Shown piece after piece: positions 31,703 through 40,876 of a stretch of DNA of 64,000 nucleotides; position 1 is the first letter of the stretch; the number at the start of each line of letters is the position of its first letter. The stretch is taken from positions 194,240 through 258,239 of the forward strand of contig CAWEUW010000009.1 of assembly GCA_963812375.1 (NCBI GenBank). Reading direction: 5' to 3'. The stretch is from an uncultured Acidimicrobiia bacterium. GTDB lineage: Bacteria > Actinomycetota > Acidimicrobiia > Spongiisociales > UBA5794. The notes below the pieces were generated by a model that was not told where the DNA came from, made no database searches, and worked only from the letters and a program-made list of their open reading frames with translations. The position numbers and the translations under genes were made by a program.

Positions 31703-33152
31703 TCCACTGGTCGACCGGGGCGAAGTCGTCGGTGAGGATCGGGGAGCCGTCGATCCATTCGGCGGCGGCGGCGCCGGTGAGGGCCACCTCGGAGCCGGCC
31801 CGGTCGGCGATGGCGGCTTCGATGGAGGCGACGTCGAAGGGCGAGGCCCCGGCGGCGAGCACGACGTTGCCCCCGGCTCGCCCGTCCAGGTAGTCCGGCG
31901 GGGCGAGCACCAGCACCTCGGGGAACACCTCGGCGAGCGTGGCCGCTTCCGCCTTGGCGAAGCGGAACGGTGGGTAGTCGATCAGGTTCATCACATAGAG
32001 CCCTCCGGGTGTCAGCCGGGAGTCGATGTCCTCGAGGAACTCGCGGGTGGTGAGATGCCATGGCACGGACAGCCCGCCGAAGGCATCTCCCACCACGACC
32101 TCGAATGCCCCTTCCGGGGTGTCGTCGATGCCGAGCCGGGCATCGCCGATGGCGATCTCGTCGATCTCGGCGGCGACCAGCCCGAGCTCGTCCTCGGCGA
32201 TGTCGACCAGGCTGGGATCGAGCTCGAGCACGGTGTTGGTGCTCCCGGGCCGCTCGGCGGACAGCCAGCGGGGGAGGGTGAACCCGCCGCCCCCGATATA
32301 GAGGGCGTCGAGGGGGCCATCGGGTGCGGTGGTGAGCACGGTGTCCGCCACCAGCCGGGCATAGCGGAAGTCGAGGTAGGTGGGGTCGAGCAGGTCGACG
32401 TACGAGTGGCGCAGGGTGTCCAGCCACAGCACCCGGCCGCTCTCCCGGAGCTCGTCGGTGGTGACGCGGGCGCAGAAGTAGCCGGTCTCGAACTGGCAGG
32501 GCCCCGACACGATCCCGAGCAGGGCCGCCCCGACCAGGGTTGTCGCCACCACGGCGGCCACCCCGGGAGGCCCGAGCTTGGTGGAGCGGACGGCGAGGAT
32601 CGTCCCCGCGATCACCAGGGCGACGCCGACCGCCAGCACGATCGGCCTGCTGGGCAGCGCGGCGAGCAGCACGAACCCGGTGAGGAAGGTGCCGAAGATG
32701 GCGCCGGCGGTACCGGTGGCGGACAGCCCGCCGACCACGGCTCCGGTCTCGGCCAGGTCGTCGAGGGTGATCTTGGCCACGATCGGGGTCACCGTGCTGA
32801 GCACCACTGCGGGGGCGAAGAAGCCCAGGGCGGCCAGGACCACGATCTCCACCGGCCCGCCGCCGGTGAGCGACGGCCCGACGGCGGCGACGATGGTCGG
32901 GGCGAGCAGCACGAACAGCCCGCCGACGACGAGCGCCGGGCCCAGCAGGCGCACCGGCGGGTGGCGGTCGGCGAGCCGTCCCCCGGCCCACGCCCCCAGT
33001 GAGATCCCGGCGAGGACGGTGCCGATGATCCCGGTGAACGTCTCCAACGTGACCCCGACGTACGGTGCGAGGAGACGGCCCGCCAGGATCTCCATGACCA
33101 GCACCGCCGCCGCGGTGAAGAACACGAGGAGGCGGGCGGTCAGGGGGGACAT
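31689..33152 (-). CDS. fused membrane domain / spermidine synthase-like methyltransferase-fold protein
   Basis: Intact 487 aa. The N-terminal part has about 7 TM segments. The C-terminal part has LYIGGGGFTLPRW...ELDPSLV...GDAFGGLSVPWHLTTREF, typical of the SpeE-like fold. Confidence 0.85.
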   Translation of the reverse strand: MSPLTARLLVFFTAAAVLVMEILAGRLLAPYVGVTLETFTGIIGTVLAGISLGAWAGGRLADRHPPVRLLGPALVVGGLFVLLAPTIVAAVGPSLTGGGPVEIVVLAALGFFAPAVVLSTVTPIVAKITLDDLAETGAVVGGLSATGTAGAIFGTFLTGFVLLAALPSRPIVLAVGVALVIAGTILAVRSTKLGPPGVAAVVATTLVGAALLGIVSGPCQFETGYFCARVTTDELRESGRVLWLDTLRHSYVDLLDPTYLDFRYARLVADTVLTTAPDGPLDALYIGGGGFTLPRWLSAERPGSTNTVLELDPSLVDIAEDELGLVAAEIDEIAIGDARLGIDDTPEGAFEVVVGDAFGGLSVPWHLTTREFLEDIDSRLTPGGLYVMNLIDYPPFRFAKAEAATLAEVFPEVLVLAPPDYLDGRAGGNVVLAAGASPFDVASIEAAIADRAGSEVALTGAAAAEWIDGSPILTDDFAPVDQWISRG

Positions 33153-33231
33153 CGCCGGCAGTATGGCCCGCCGGACGGGATACCCACGCAGGGCGTGCGC
33201 CCCGGCCTCTCCTAGAGTTCCGCCCGTCCTC

Positions 33232-33304
33232 GGGCGTTTAGCTCAGCTGGAAGAGCGCTTCCCTTACAAGGAAGAGGTCGGCGGTTCGAGCCCGTCAACG
33301 CCCA
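33232..33304 (+). tRNA. tRNA-Val (anticodon TAC)
   Basis: Cloverleaf folded by hand. Acceptor GGGCGTT/AACGCCC, D arm GCTC-AGCTGGAA-GAGC, anticodon arm CTTCC-CTTACAA-GGAAG, T arm GGCGG-TTCGAGC-CCGTC, discriminator A. CCA is not encoded. Confidence 0.9.
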
Positions 33305-33449
33305 CTGGAGATTGCCGGGCCGACTTCGGGCGCTCTGCTCCGAAAGACGCTGGTCGGCCCTCCTCCACAGATGGGGCCCCAACCCCATCGCCGGCCGTGT
33401 CCTGCCCGGGCCGACTTCGGGCAGCACGCTCCCGGCGTATCCTCGGCCC

Positions 33450-34409
33450 ATGGTGCACTTCGACACGGTCAGGGTGGCGGCGATCCAGGCCACCCCGGTG
33501 ATCCTCGACGCCGAGGCGACGATCGACAAGGCATGCAACCTGCTGGGCGATGCCGCGTCCCAGGGCGCGCAGCTGGCGGTACTGCCGGAGACCTTCGTCC
33601 CGCTCTACCCGAGCGGTGCGTGGGCCCACGACGCCGGCTCCTTCAACGGTTGGGACGAGCTGTGGGCACGTCTGTGGGCCAACTCGGTGGACGTGCCCGG
33701 CCCGCTCACCGAGAAGCTGACGGCCCGATGCCGCGAGCTCGACATCCACTGCGCCATCGGGGTCAACGAGCGCGAGGTGGAAAGACCAGGATCGCTGTAC
33801 AACACGATGCTCGTCATCGGCCCGGGCGGGCTGCTCCACAAGCATCGCAAGCTGATGCCCACCATGCAGGAGCGGCTGTTCCACGGGGTCGGCGGTGGTG
33901 ACGACCTCGAGGTCGTCGACACCGCCGTGGGCCGGCTCGGCGGCCTCATCTGTTGGGAGAACCGGATGCCGCTGGCCCGGTACGCCCTCTACCGCGGCGG
34001 CCCGCAGATCTGGCTGGCACCCACCGCCGACGACAGTGATGGATGGCTCGCCTCGATGCGGCACATCGCCATCGAGTCCGGTGCCTTCGTCGTCTCCGTG
34101 GCCCAATACATCCCGGCGTCGGCATTCCCCGCCGACTTCCCTGTTTCGCTCCCTGAAGGCCAAGACGAGTTCGGCCGCGGGGGTGCAGCGATCATCGAGC
34201 CCACCGACGGCGAAGTCATCGCCGGTCCGCTCTACGACGTCGAGGGGATCGTCGTCGCCGACTGCGACCTTCGGCTCGGACTGCGCGCCAAGCGCTGGTT
34301 CGACGTGGTCGGCCACTATGGCCGCGAGGACGCCCTTCTCGGACCTTCCCGGATCGCCGCCCGTGGGGTGGGCAGCGGCGACGTCGACGTGCCCGACGTC
34401 GACGGCTGA
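33450..34409 (+). CDS. nitrilase / carbon-nitrogen hydrolase family protein
   Basis: The catalytic triad context is present: LPETF (Glu), HRKLMPT (Lys) and GGLICWEN (Cys). ATG at 33450 lies within ORF 33312..34409. Confidence 0.85.
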   Translation: MVHFDTVRVAAIQATPVILDAEATIDKACNLLGDAASQGAQLAVLPETFVPLYPSGAWAHDAGSFNGWDELWARLWANSVDVPGPLTEKLTARCRELDIHCAIGVNEREVERPGSLYNTMLVIGPGGLLHKHRKLMPTMQERLFHGVGGGDDLEVVDTAVGRLGGLICWENRMPLARYALYRGGPQIWLAPTADDSDGWLASMRHIAIESGAFVVSVAQYIPASAFPADFPVSLPEGQDEFGRGGAAIIEPTDGEVIAGPLYDVEGIVVADCDLRLGLRAKRWFDVVGHYGREDALLGPSRIAARGVGSGDVDVPDVDG

Positions 34410-34439
34410 CCGAAGTCGGGCGAAGGTCAGGGATACTGC

Positions 34440-35035
34440 TCAGGGATCGGAGTCCCGGGCCGCAGCCTCCTCGGCGGCCTGCGCCAGTCGCTCCCGGTAC
34501 GTGGCCCACTCGGCGGCGGTCATCTCGGGGAGGTTGCCGTCCTTGTTCCCCGCAAAGCCGTCGATCATCTCCCGGATGATGTCGGCGTGGCCGGCGTGGC
34601 GGGCGGTCTCGACGCTGACGTGCACGAGGATCTGGTGCAGGGTCACATCTTGCGGTCGGGTCCCCACCAGGGCACCAACCCGGGGGAGTCGAGGTCCAGG
34701 GCCTCGATAGTGGCGTCGCTGTGCCGAGCGGAGATCCGGTGGAGCTCGAGGATCTCCTCGCGGGTCTCGTCGGCGGTGGCCCACATGTCGGCGTTGACCT
34801 CGGCGTCGTCGTCGAACCAGGGCAGCGCAAGCCCATGCGGTCGATCGAACACCTCGCCGAAGTACCCGATCTGGACGCTGGCGACGTGTTTGACCAGTCC
34901 CAGCAGATTGGTGCCGGTCGGCGTCATCGGCCGGCGGACGTCGCCTTCCCCGAGGCCGTCGAGCTTGGCGACCAGCTGGTCTCGCTGCACCCGCAGATAG
35001 CGATGCAGCGTCGCCTTGGGGTCCGGGGGCGCCAC
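34440..35035 (-). CDS. DinB-family (DUF664-like) protein, 1 frameshift
   Basis: VAPPDPKATLHRYLRVQRDQLVAKLDGL...NLLGLVKHVASVQIGYF (frame of 34643..35572) joins TLHQILVHVSVETARHAGHADIIREMIDG (ORF 34440..35087) near 34650. Confidence 0.7.
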
Positions 35036-35037
35036 GG

Positions 35038-35568
35038 TCAGAGCAGGCCGCCGGCGGCCGGCGGGCTGCCCTTGCTGCGGCCCCCATCGCCCATCCCCTC
35101 GCGTGCCAGGTAGTCCTCGGCGAGCAGGATGCTGGAGTCGAGGGCGCGCTCGACCGTGGTGAGCAGGTCGGCCATCGACGCCATCTCCTCGAGCTGCTCC
35201 TTGAGGAACCAGGCGAGGAACTGCTCGCCGACCAGGTCGCCCTCGGCCCGGGCGAGCTGGGCCAGCTCCTCGATCTGCCGGGTGACGTCCTGCTCCTGCT
35301 CGAGCGCCATCCTGACCGGCTCCAGGAGATCGGCGAACTCGGTCCGGGGCGCGGCCACCGAGGGGATGGTCACCGGCTTCTGGGCGTCGAGGAGGTACTG
35401 GGTGATGATCATGGCGTGGTTGCGCTCCTCCACCGCCTGCCGGTAGAAGTGGGAGGCGAGCTGGGGGAGCGTCTCGCCGTCGTAGTAGACGGCGATGGCG
35501 ATGTACTGCTGGCTGGCGGCGAACTCGTTGGCGAGCTGTTCGTTGAGCGCATCGGTGAACTTCGACAT
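35038..35568 (-). CDS. bfrB: ferritin (mycobacterial BfrB-type)
   Basis: MSKFTDALNEQLANEFAASQQYIAIAVYYDGETLPQLASHFYRQAVEERNHAMIITQYLL...GEQFLAWFLKEQLEE aligns by eye with M. tuberculosis BfrB, including the AAGG-L tail. Confidence 0.85.
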   Translation of the reverse strand: MSKFTDALNEQLANEFAASQQYIAIAVYYDGETLPQLASHFYRQAVEERNHAMIITQYLLDAQKPVTIPSVAAPRTEFADLLEPVRMALEQEQDVTRQIEELAQLARAEGDLVGEQFLAWFLKEQLEEMASMADLLTTVERALDSSILLAEDYLAREGMGDGGRSKGSPPAAGGLL

Positions 35569-35646
35569 GCATCCTCCGGGTCGGCGACCGGGCCAGAGGG
35601 TACCCGGGCTGGTCGCCACGGTGGGCTCGAGTCCCGCCGAAGATAA

Positions 35647-35690
35647 GGCAATCAACCTATCGGAAGCGATAGGTGAGGACCTCAGGTTCG
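35647..35690 (-). promoter_or_regulatory. composite palindromic operator-like element (copy 2 of 2)
   Basis: The minus-strand reading is CGAACCTGAGGTCCTCACCTATCGcttcCGATAGGTTGATTGCC, 78 nt upstream of the ferritin ATG. About 38 of 43 positions are shared with 15220-15262. Confidence 0.4.
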
Positions 35691-35722
35691 CAGTTTGCAC
35701 CACCGACGTAGTGGAAATAAGG

Positions 35723-35749
35723 TCTCCCTAACACGGAGAGTTAGGGAGA
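35723..35749 (+). promoter_or_regulatory. 10-bp perfect hairpin sequestering the imelysin SD
   Basis: TCTCCCTAAC-acggaga-GTTAGGGAGA ends 8 nt before the ATG at 35758. The right arm contains the only SD-like GGGAGAG. Confidence 0.35.
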
Positions 35750-35757
35750 GTCGACGA

Positions 35758-36920
35758 ATGGGTGGAGGTGTTCGGAAGCGGACCGCGGCGGCGGCACTGG
35801 TGGTCGGGCTCGTGCTCGGCGCCTGCGGGGGCGGTGAAGACGAGGTGTCCGAGCAGGACGTCGTGGATGCCTACGCAGAGGGCGTGTACGCCATGTACTC
35901 CGCCAGCCTGGAGTCGGCACAGGCGATGGACGAGGCGATCGACGCCTTCGTCGCCGACCCGACCACCGAGACCTTGGACGCCGCCAAGCAGGCCTGGCTG
36001 ACCGCCCGGGACGACTACGGCCCCACCGAGGCGTTCCGGTTCTACGGCGGGCCCATCGACAACGAGGAGACCGGCGTCGAGGGACTGGTCAACGCCTGGC
36101 CGCTCGACGAGGCCTACATCGACTACGTGGATGGTGACCCGGAAGCGGGCATCGTCAACAACACGGACGAGCACCCGACCATCGACGCCGACACCCTGGT
36201 GGCCGCCAACGAGCAGGGTGGCGAGGCCAACGTGTCCACCGGGTGGCACGCCATCGAGTTCCTCCTGTGGGGGCAGGACCTGAGCGCGGACGGGCCGGGG
36301 GCGCGGCCGGTCGAGGACTACACCACCAGCCCGAACGCCGACCGTCGCGCCGCCTACCTCTCCACCGCCTCCGACCTGCTCCTCGAGCACCTGGACGGCC
36401 TGGTGGCCGCCTGGGCTCCCTCGAGGAGGGAGGCAATTACCGAAGAGAGTTCGTGGCCCTCGACCCGGCCGAGGCGCTGGCGATGATCTTCACCGGGGTG
36501 GGCGAGCTGAGCAGCGGTGAGCTGGCCGGGGAGCGGATGTCGGTGGCCTATGAGGAGCGGAGCCAGGAGGACGAGCACTCCTGCTTCTCGGACAACACCA
36601 CTTCCGACATCGTGGCCAACGCCTCCGGGATCGGCGCCGTGGTCAACGGCGACTACGGCGACGTGTCCGGGCCCGGGCTGGCCGACCTGCTCGCCGGCAC
36701 CGACGAGCCCCTCTCCGAGGAGCTGGTGGCGGCGGTGGAGGAGAGCACGGCCCTCGCCGAGGCGATACCGGCGCCGTTCGACCAGCACCTCGGCATCGAC
36801 GTGCCCGACGACGACCCGGGTCGCCAGTCGATCCTCGCCACGATCGAGTCCCTCCAAGCCCAGGCGGAGCTCATCGCCGCCGCCGCCACCGCTCTCGGGA
36901 TCCAGCTCGGGGCAGGGTGA
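35758..36920 (+). CDS. imelysin-family (IrpA/EfeO-M75-like) lipoprotein, 1 frameshift
   Basis: Signal and lipobox MGGGVRKRTAAAALVVGLVLGACGG. WLTARDDYGPTEAFRFYGGPID and GWHAIEFLLWGQD (GxHxxE motif). The C-terminal half is in ORF 36243..36920 and the frames join near 36420. Confidence 0.8.
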
Positions 36921-38311
36921 GGCAGGCCCGGACACGGCTGGCGGCAGTAGCTCTGGGCCTGGCCGCCCTTGGCGGCGTCGCCGCCTGTGGCGGAGCCGAT
37001 GCCGAGTTGCTCGAGCCGGCCTCGGGGGGCGACGCCACGGTGGCGTTCGCCACCCGGAACGCCTTCGGGCAGCCCATCCCCGGTCTCACCGCCCGTGAGC
37101 GGATGGTGTTCGAGGTGGGCGACAGCTTCTTCACCCAGAACTGGGTGACCGCGCCGTCGTCAACCGAAGCCCGCGACGGGCTGGGGCCTCTCCTCAATGC
37201 CCAGGCCTGCGCATCCTGCCATGTGGGCGACGGGAGAGCCCGCCCGCCGCAGTCACCGGAGGATCCCGAGCGGGGCCTGCTGGTGCGGCTGTCGGTGCCC
37301 GGCGAGACGGCCTGGGGCGCCCCGTTGCCCGATCCGGTGTACGGCGACCAACTACAGGACCGGGCCATTTCCGGGGTCCCCGCCGAGGGCACGGTGCGAA
37401 TCACCCATGACGAGATCGAGGGGAGGTACGCCGACGGCACCATCTACACCCTGAGCCGGCCGCGTTACGACCTGACCGACCTCGCCTACGGCCCACTCGA
37501 CTCCGCCGCGCTCACCTCGCCCCGGGTGGCGCCGCAGGTGATCGGCATCGGGTTGCTCGAGGCGGTGCCCGAGGCCGCCGTCCTCGATCTCGCCGATCCC
37601 GATGATGCCGACGGCGACGGGGTGTCCGGTCGCCCCAACTACGTCGCCACCGGACCCGACGAGCCGGTGAGGCTGGGGCGGTTCGGGTGGAAGGCCAACG
37701 TGGCCACGGTGCGCGACCAGGTGGCTGGAGCCTTCGTCGGCGACATCGGCATCACCAGCGACGAGCACCCGGAGGAGAACTGCCCGGCACCGGCGGTGGC
37801 CTGCCGTGCCGCCCCGACCGGGGGGTCGCCCGAAGTCCCGGCCGACCGCATGGACGACATGGAGTTCTACTCGCAGACGCTGGCGGTCCCGGCACGCCGG
37901 GGGGTTGACGAGCCGGAGGTCGAGCGCGGTGCCGAGCTGTTCGCCACCATCGGGTGCACGGCCTGCCACACGCCGACCCTGCTCACCGGGGATCACCCCG
38001 TCACGCAGCTCTCCGGCCAAGAGATCCACCCCTACACCGACCTGCTCCTGCACGACATGGGCCCGGGGCTGGCGGACGGACGACCCGACTTCCTCGCCAC
38101 CGGCTCGGAGTGGCGAACACCGCCGCTGTGGGGGGTCGGGTTGGTGGAGACCGTCAACGGCCACTCCACGTTCCTGCATGACGGCCGGGCCCGCAGCCTC
38201 GAGGAGGCGGTGCTGTGGCACGGCGGCGAGGCGGCGGGCGCCCAGGGCCGGTTCACTGCGCTCGGCGCCGCCGACCGGGCCGCCGTGGTCGCCTTCCTGG
38301 AGTCATTGTGA
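36917..38311 (+). CDS. DUF1111 di-haem cytochrome c peroxidase-like lipoprotein
   Basis: Intact 464 aa with lipobox LGGVAACGG and two CxxCH motifs (CASCH, CTACH). RFGWKA and PPLWG are typical of DUF1111. A GTGA overlap links it to the upstream gene. Confidence 0.85.
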   Translation: MRQARTRLAAVALGLAALGGVAACGGADAELLEPASGGDATVAFATRNAFGQPIPGLTARERMVFEVGDSFFTQNWVTAPSSTEARDGLGPLLNAQACASCHVGDGRARPPQSPEDPERGLLVRLSVPGETAWGAPLPDPVYGDQLQDRAISGVPAEGTVRITHDEIEGRYADGTIYTLSRPRYDLTDLAYGPLDSAALTSPRVAPQVIGIGLLEAVPEAAVLDLADPDDADGDGVSGRPNYVATGPDEPVRLGRFGWKANVATVRDQVAGAFVGDIGITSDEHPEENCPAPAVACRAAPTGGSPEVPADRMDDMEFYSQTLAVPARRGVDEPEVERGAELFATIGCTACHTPTLLTGDHPVTQLSGQEIHPYTDLLLHDMGPGLADGRPDFLATGSEWRTPPLWGVGLVETVNGHSTFLHDGRARSLEEAVLWHGGEAAGAQGRFTALGAADRAAVVAFLESL

Positions 38312-38447
38312 GCCTGCGAACCGGAGTCATTGTGAGCCTGCGAACCGGAGTCATTGTGAGCCTGCGACGAGCACTGGAGTCATTGTGAGCCTGCGAACCG
38401 GAATCATGGTGAGCCTGCGAACCGGAGTCATAGTGAGCCTGCGAACG
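38300..38447 (+). repeat. six tandem copies of a 24-nt unit duplicating the stop/start junction
   Basis: GAGTCATTGTGAGCCTGCGAACCG occurs at 38300, 38324, 38348 (29-nt variant), 38377, 38401 (GAATCATGGTGA...) and 38425 (GAGTCATAGTGA...). Copy 1 holds the last codons and the TGA of the DUF1111 gene. Confidence 0.9.
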
Positions 38448-38461
38448 GCGCTCCATGCCTC

Positions 38462-39496
38462 GTGGTGGTGGCACTGCTGGCGGCGTGCTCGCCGGGCCTC
38501 GACCGGGGTGACACGGTCGAGGCGATCGTCGACGACGTCCTGGTACCCGGTTTCTCCGCCGCCGCCGCCGCCACCGCCGGCCTCGCCGGCGCATCCGCCA
38601 GCCTGTGTGCCGCCCCTGGGCAGTCGGCGCTCGACACCGCCCGCAGGGCGTGGTCGGAGGCGGTGGTGGCTTGGAACGCCACCGAGGTCGCTTGGGAGGG
38701 CCCGGTGAAGATGGACAGGATCGAAAGCCTGGTCCACTACCCGGCGGTCGACGTCGAGGAGATCGAGGCACTGCTCGACGGGCAGGCCGAAGGTGAGCAG
38801 CTCGACGCCGCCGACCTGGCCTCGATCGTCCGCGGCCTCGGGACCGCCGAATACCTGCTGTTCGCCTCGGACGATCCCGCCGCGGTCACCGCCCCGGGGC
38901 GTTGCGAGCTGCTGATGGCGGTCACCGATGGGGCGGCCGCGGGCGCCGGCGCAGCCGAACTCGCGTGGACCGACGGCTGGAACGGCGGCGCCCCCTACGC
39001 CGACACCCTCGCCGGTCGGGCCGAACCGGCGATGGACGCCAACGACGCCCTCGCCGAGCTGGTGGCCGGCATCGACGCCATCCTGTCGAATGTCACCGTC
39101 CAGGGCCTCGGCCTGGCGCTCGGCAGAACCCGGGAGGAGCCCCTCCCCGAGGCCCTGCATGAAGGCGCCGCCGGAGCCGCCGGCGACGTGCTCGCCGCCC
39201 GGCTCGCCGGCATCGCCGCCGTCTACGACCCTCCCGGCGAAACCCCCGGCCTCGGCGACCTGGTGGCAGAGCGCTCGGACGAAGTCGACGCCAAGGTCCG
39301 CGCCGACCTCGCCGCCGCCCAGGAGGCTCTGGACTCGCTCGGCTCGCCGTTGACCCCGGCTCTCGCCGCGTCCCCGGACCAGGCGGCCGCTCTCTACGAC
39401 GCCCTGGTGGAGTTGCGCCGCACCTTCGAAGCCGACGTGGCGTCGCTGCTCGACATCACCGTCGGCTTCAGCGACACCGACGGAGACAGCGGGTGA
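38462..39496 (+). CDS. imelysin-like lipoprotein (second, degenerate copy)
   Basis: The 344-aa ORF has a lipobox VVVALLAAC and an imelysin-like helical pattern (ARRAWSEAVVAWNATE...GTAEYLLF). The ORF-track start leaves only 8 residues before the Cys. The true start is probably the GTG at 38433 in the last repeat unit, which needs a 1-nt indel. Confidence 0.7.
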   Translation: MVVALLAACSPGLDRGDTVEAIVDDVLVPGFSAAAAATAGLAGASASLCAAPGQSALDTARRAWSEAVVAWNATEVAWEGPVKMDRIESLVHYPAVDVEEIEALLDGQAEGEQLDAADLASIVRGLGTAEYLLFASDDPAAVTAPGRCELLMAVTDGAAAGAGAAELAWTDGWNGGAPYADTLAGRAEPAMDANDALAELVAGIDAILSNVTVQGLGLALGRTREEPLPEALHEGAAGAAGDVLAARLAGIAAVYDPPGETPGLGDLVAERSDEVDAKVRADLAAAQEALDSLGSPLTPALAASPDQAAALYDALVELRRTFEADVASLLDITVGFSDTDGDSG

Positions 39497-40856
39497 CGGC
39501 GACCGGCGCCGCCCAGCGGGTGACGGCAGGCGATCGCTGGATCGACCGTGCCGCCGCTCCGGTCAGCGCCGCCTCTGCCGCCGTGTTCCGCATCGCCTTC
39601 GGGGCGATCGCCCTGCTGGGCACGCTGCGATACGTCGGCAACGGATGGATCGACGAGCTGCTGCTCGACCCTCCGCTCCACTTCACCTACCCCGGGCTCG
39701 GTTGGGTACGGCCCTGGCCGGGCGGATGGATGTACCTGCACTTCGCCGTCATGGGGCTGGCGGCGCTGGGCATCGCCCTCGGCTGGCGGTACCGGTGGAG
39801 CGTGGCCGCCTACGCCGTGCTGTTCACCTGGGTCGAGCTGATCGACCGCACGCTGTACCTCAACCACTACTACTGGGTGTCGCTGACCGCCGGCCTCATG
39901 GTGTTCCTCCCGCTGCACCGGATGTGGTCGCTCGACGCCAGGGCGGGACGGGCCGGGGGAGGCCCGACGAGCCGCGCCGGCGCGGTGCCGACGGTCCCGG
40001 CATCGGTGGTCTGGCTGCTGCGCACCCAGCTGGCCATGGTCTACCTGTTCGCCGGGATGGCCAAGGTGGGCGTGGATTGGCTGGTGCACGCCCAGCCGCT
40101 GGCGACGTGGCTTCCCGCCCGGGCTTCGCTGCCGGTGATCGGTCCGCTGCTGACGCTCCCCGGCGTGGCATTGGCGATGAGCTGGGCAGGGGCCTTGTTC
40201 GACCTGACCATCGTCGGCTGGCTGCTGTGGCGCCGATCCCGGCCCTGGGCCTACGCCGCCGTGGTGGCCTTCCACCTGCTCACCTGGCTGCTGTTCCCGT
40301 CGATCGGGCTGTTCCCGTGGTTGATGATCGGCGGGACGTTGATCTTCTTCGAGCCGGACTGGCCGCTCCGTTTCCGCCCCGGGCGAGTGGCAACGCCGGC
40401 GCCGGCAGGGGAGCGAGGCCCCGCCTGCCGCCGGTGGCGGTGGTCGCCGTCGCCGCCTACCTCGCCCTGATGGCGGTGGTCCCCCTCCGGCACCTGGCGG
40501 CCCCGGGCGACGTCCTGTGGTCGGGCGACGGCTACCTGTTCTCGTGGCGGGTGATGCTCACCGAGAAGGCGGGCTCGGTCCAGTTCCGGGTCACCGACCC
40601 GGCCACTGGAGCGCTCACGGTGGAGCCGATGCCGGCGCCGCTCACCCCCCGTCAGGCGATGGTGGCGGCGACCGACCCGGCGATGATCCGGCAGGCGGCG
40701 ACGTGGATCGCCGCCGCCCATGGTGGCGGCGTCCAGGTCAGGGCGGACGCCTTCCTCAGCTTCAACGGCCGTCCCCACGCTCGTCTCGTCGACCCCGACG
40801 TCGACCTGGCCGCCCCGTCGCTGCCCGACGGCTGGGTACTCCCTCCACCTGGCTGA
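39493..40856 (+). CDS. HTTM-domain (vitamin-K-dependent gamma-carboxylase-like) membrane protein, 1 frameshift
   Basis: AAVFRIAFGAIALLGTLRYVGNGWIDELLLDPPLHFTYPGLGWV...YYWVSL is typical of HTTM. The C-terminal part LFSWRVMLTEKAGSVQFRVTDPATG... is in the frame of 39645..40856 and the frames join near 40400. A GTGA overlap links it to the upstream gene. Confidence 0.75.
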
Positions 40857-40876
40857 GCGCGGCGCGGCGCCGCAGC

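Noticed and set aside
35569-35757. IdeR/DtxR iron box upstream of ferritin/imelysin
   Set aside because: The dyads present (ACCTATCG/CGATAGGT, GGACCT/AGGTTC, CCCTAAC/GTTAGGG) do not align with the 19-bp TTAGGTTAGGCTAACCTAA consensus in spacing or half-site order.
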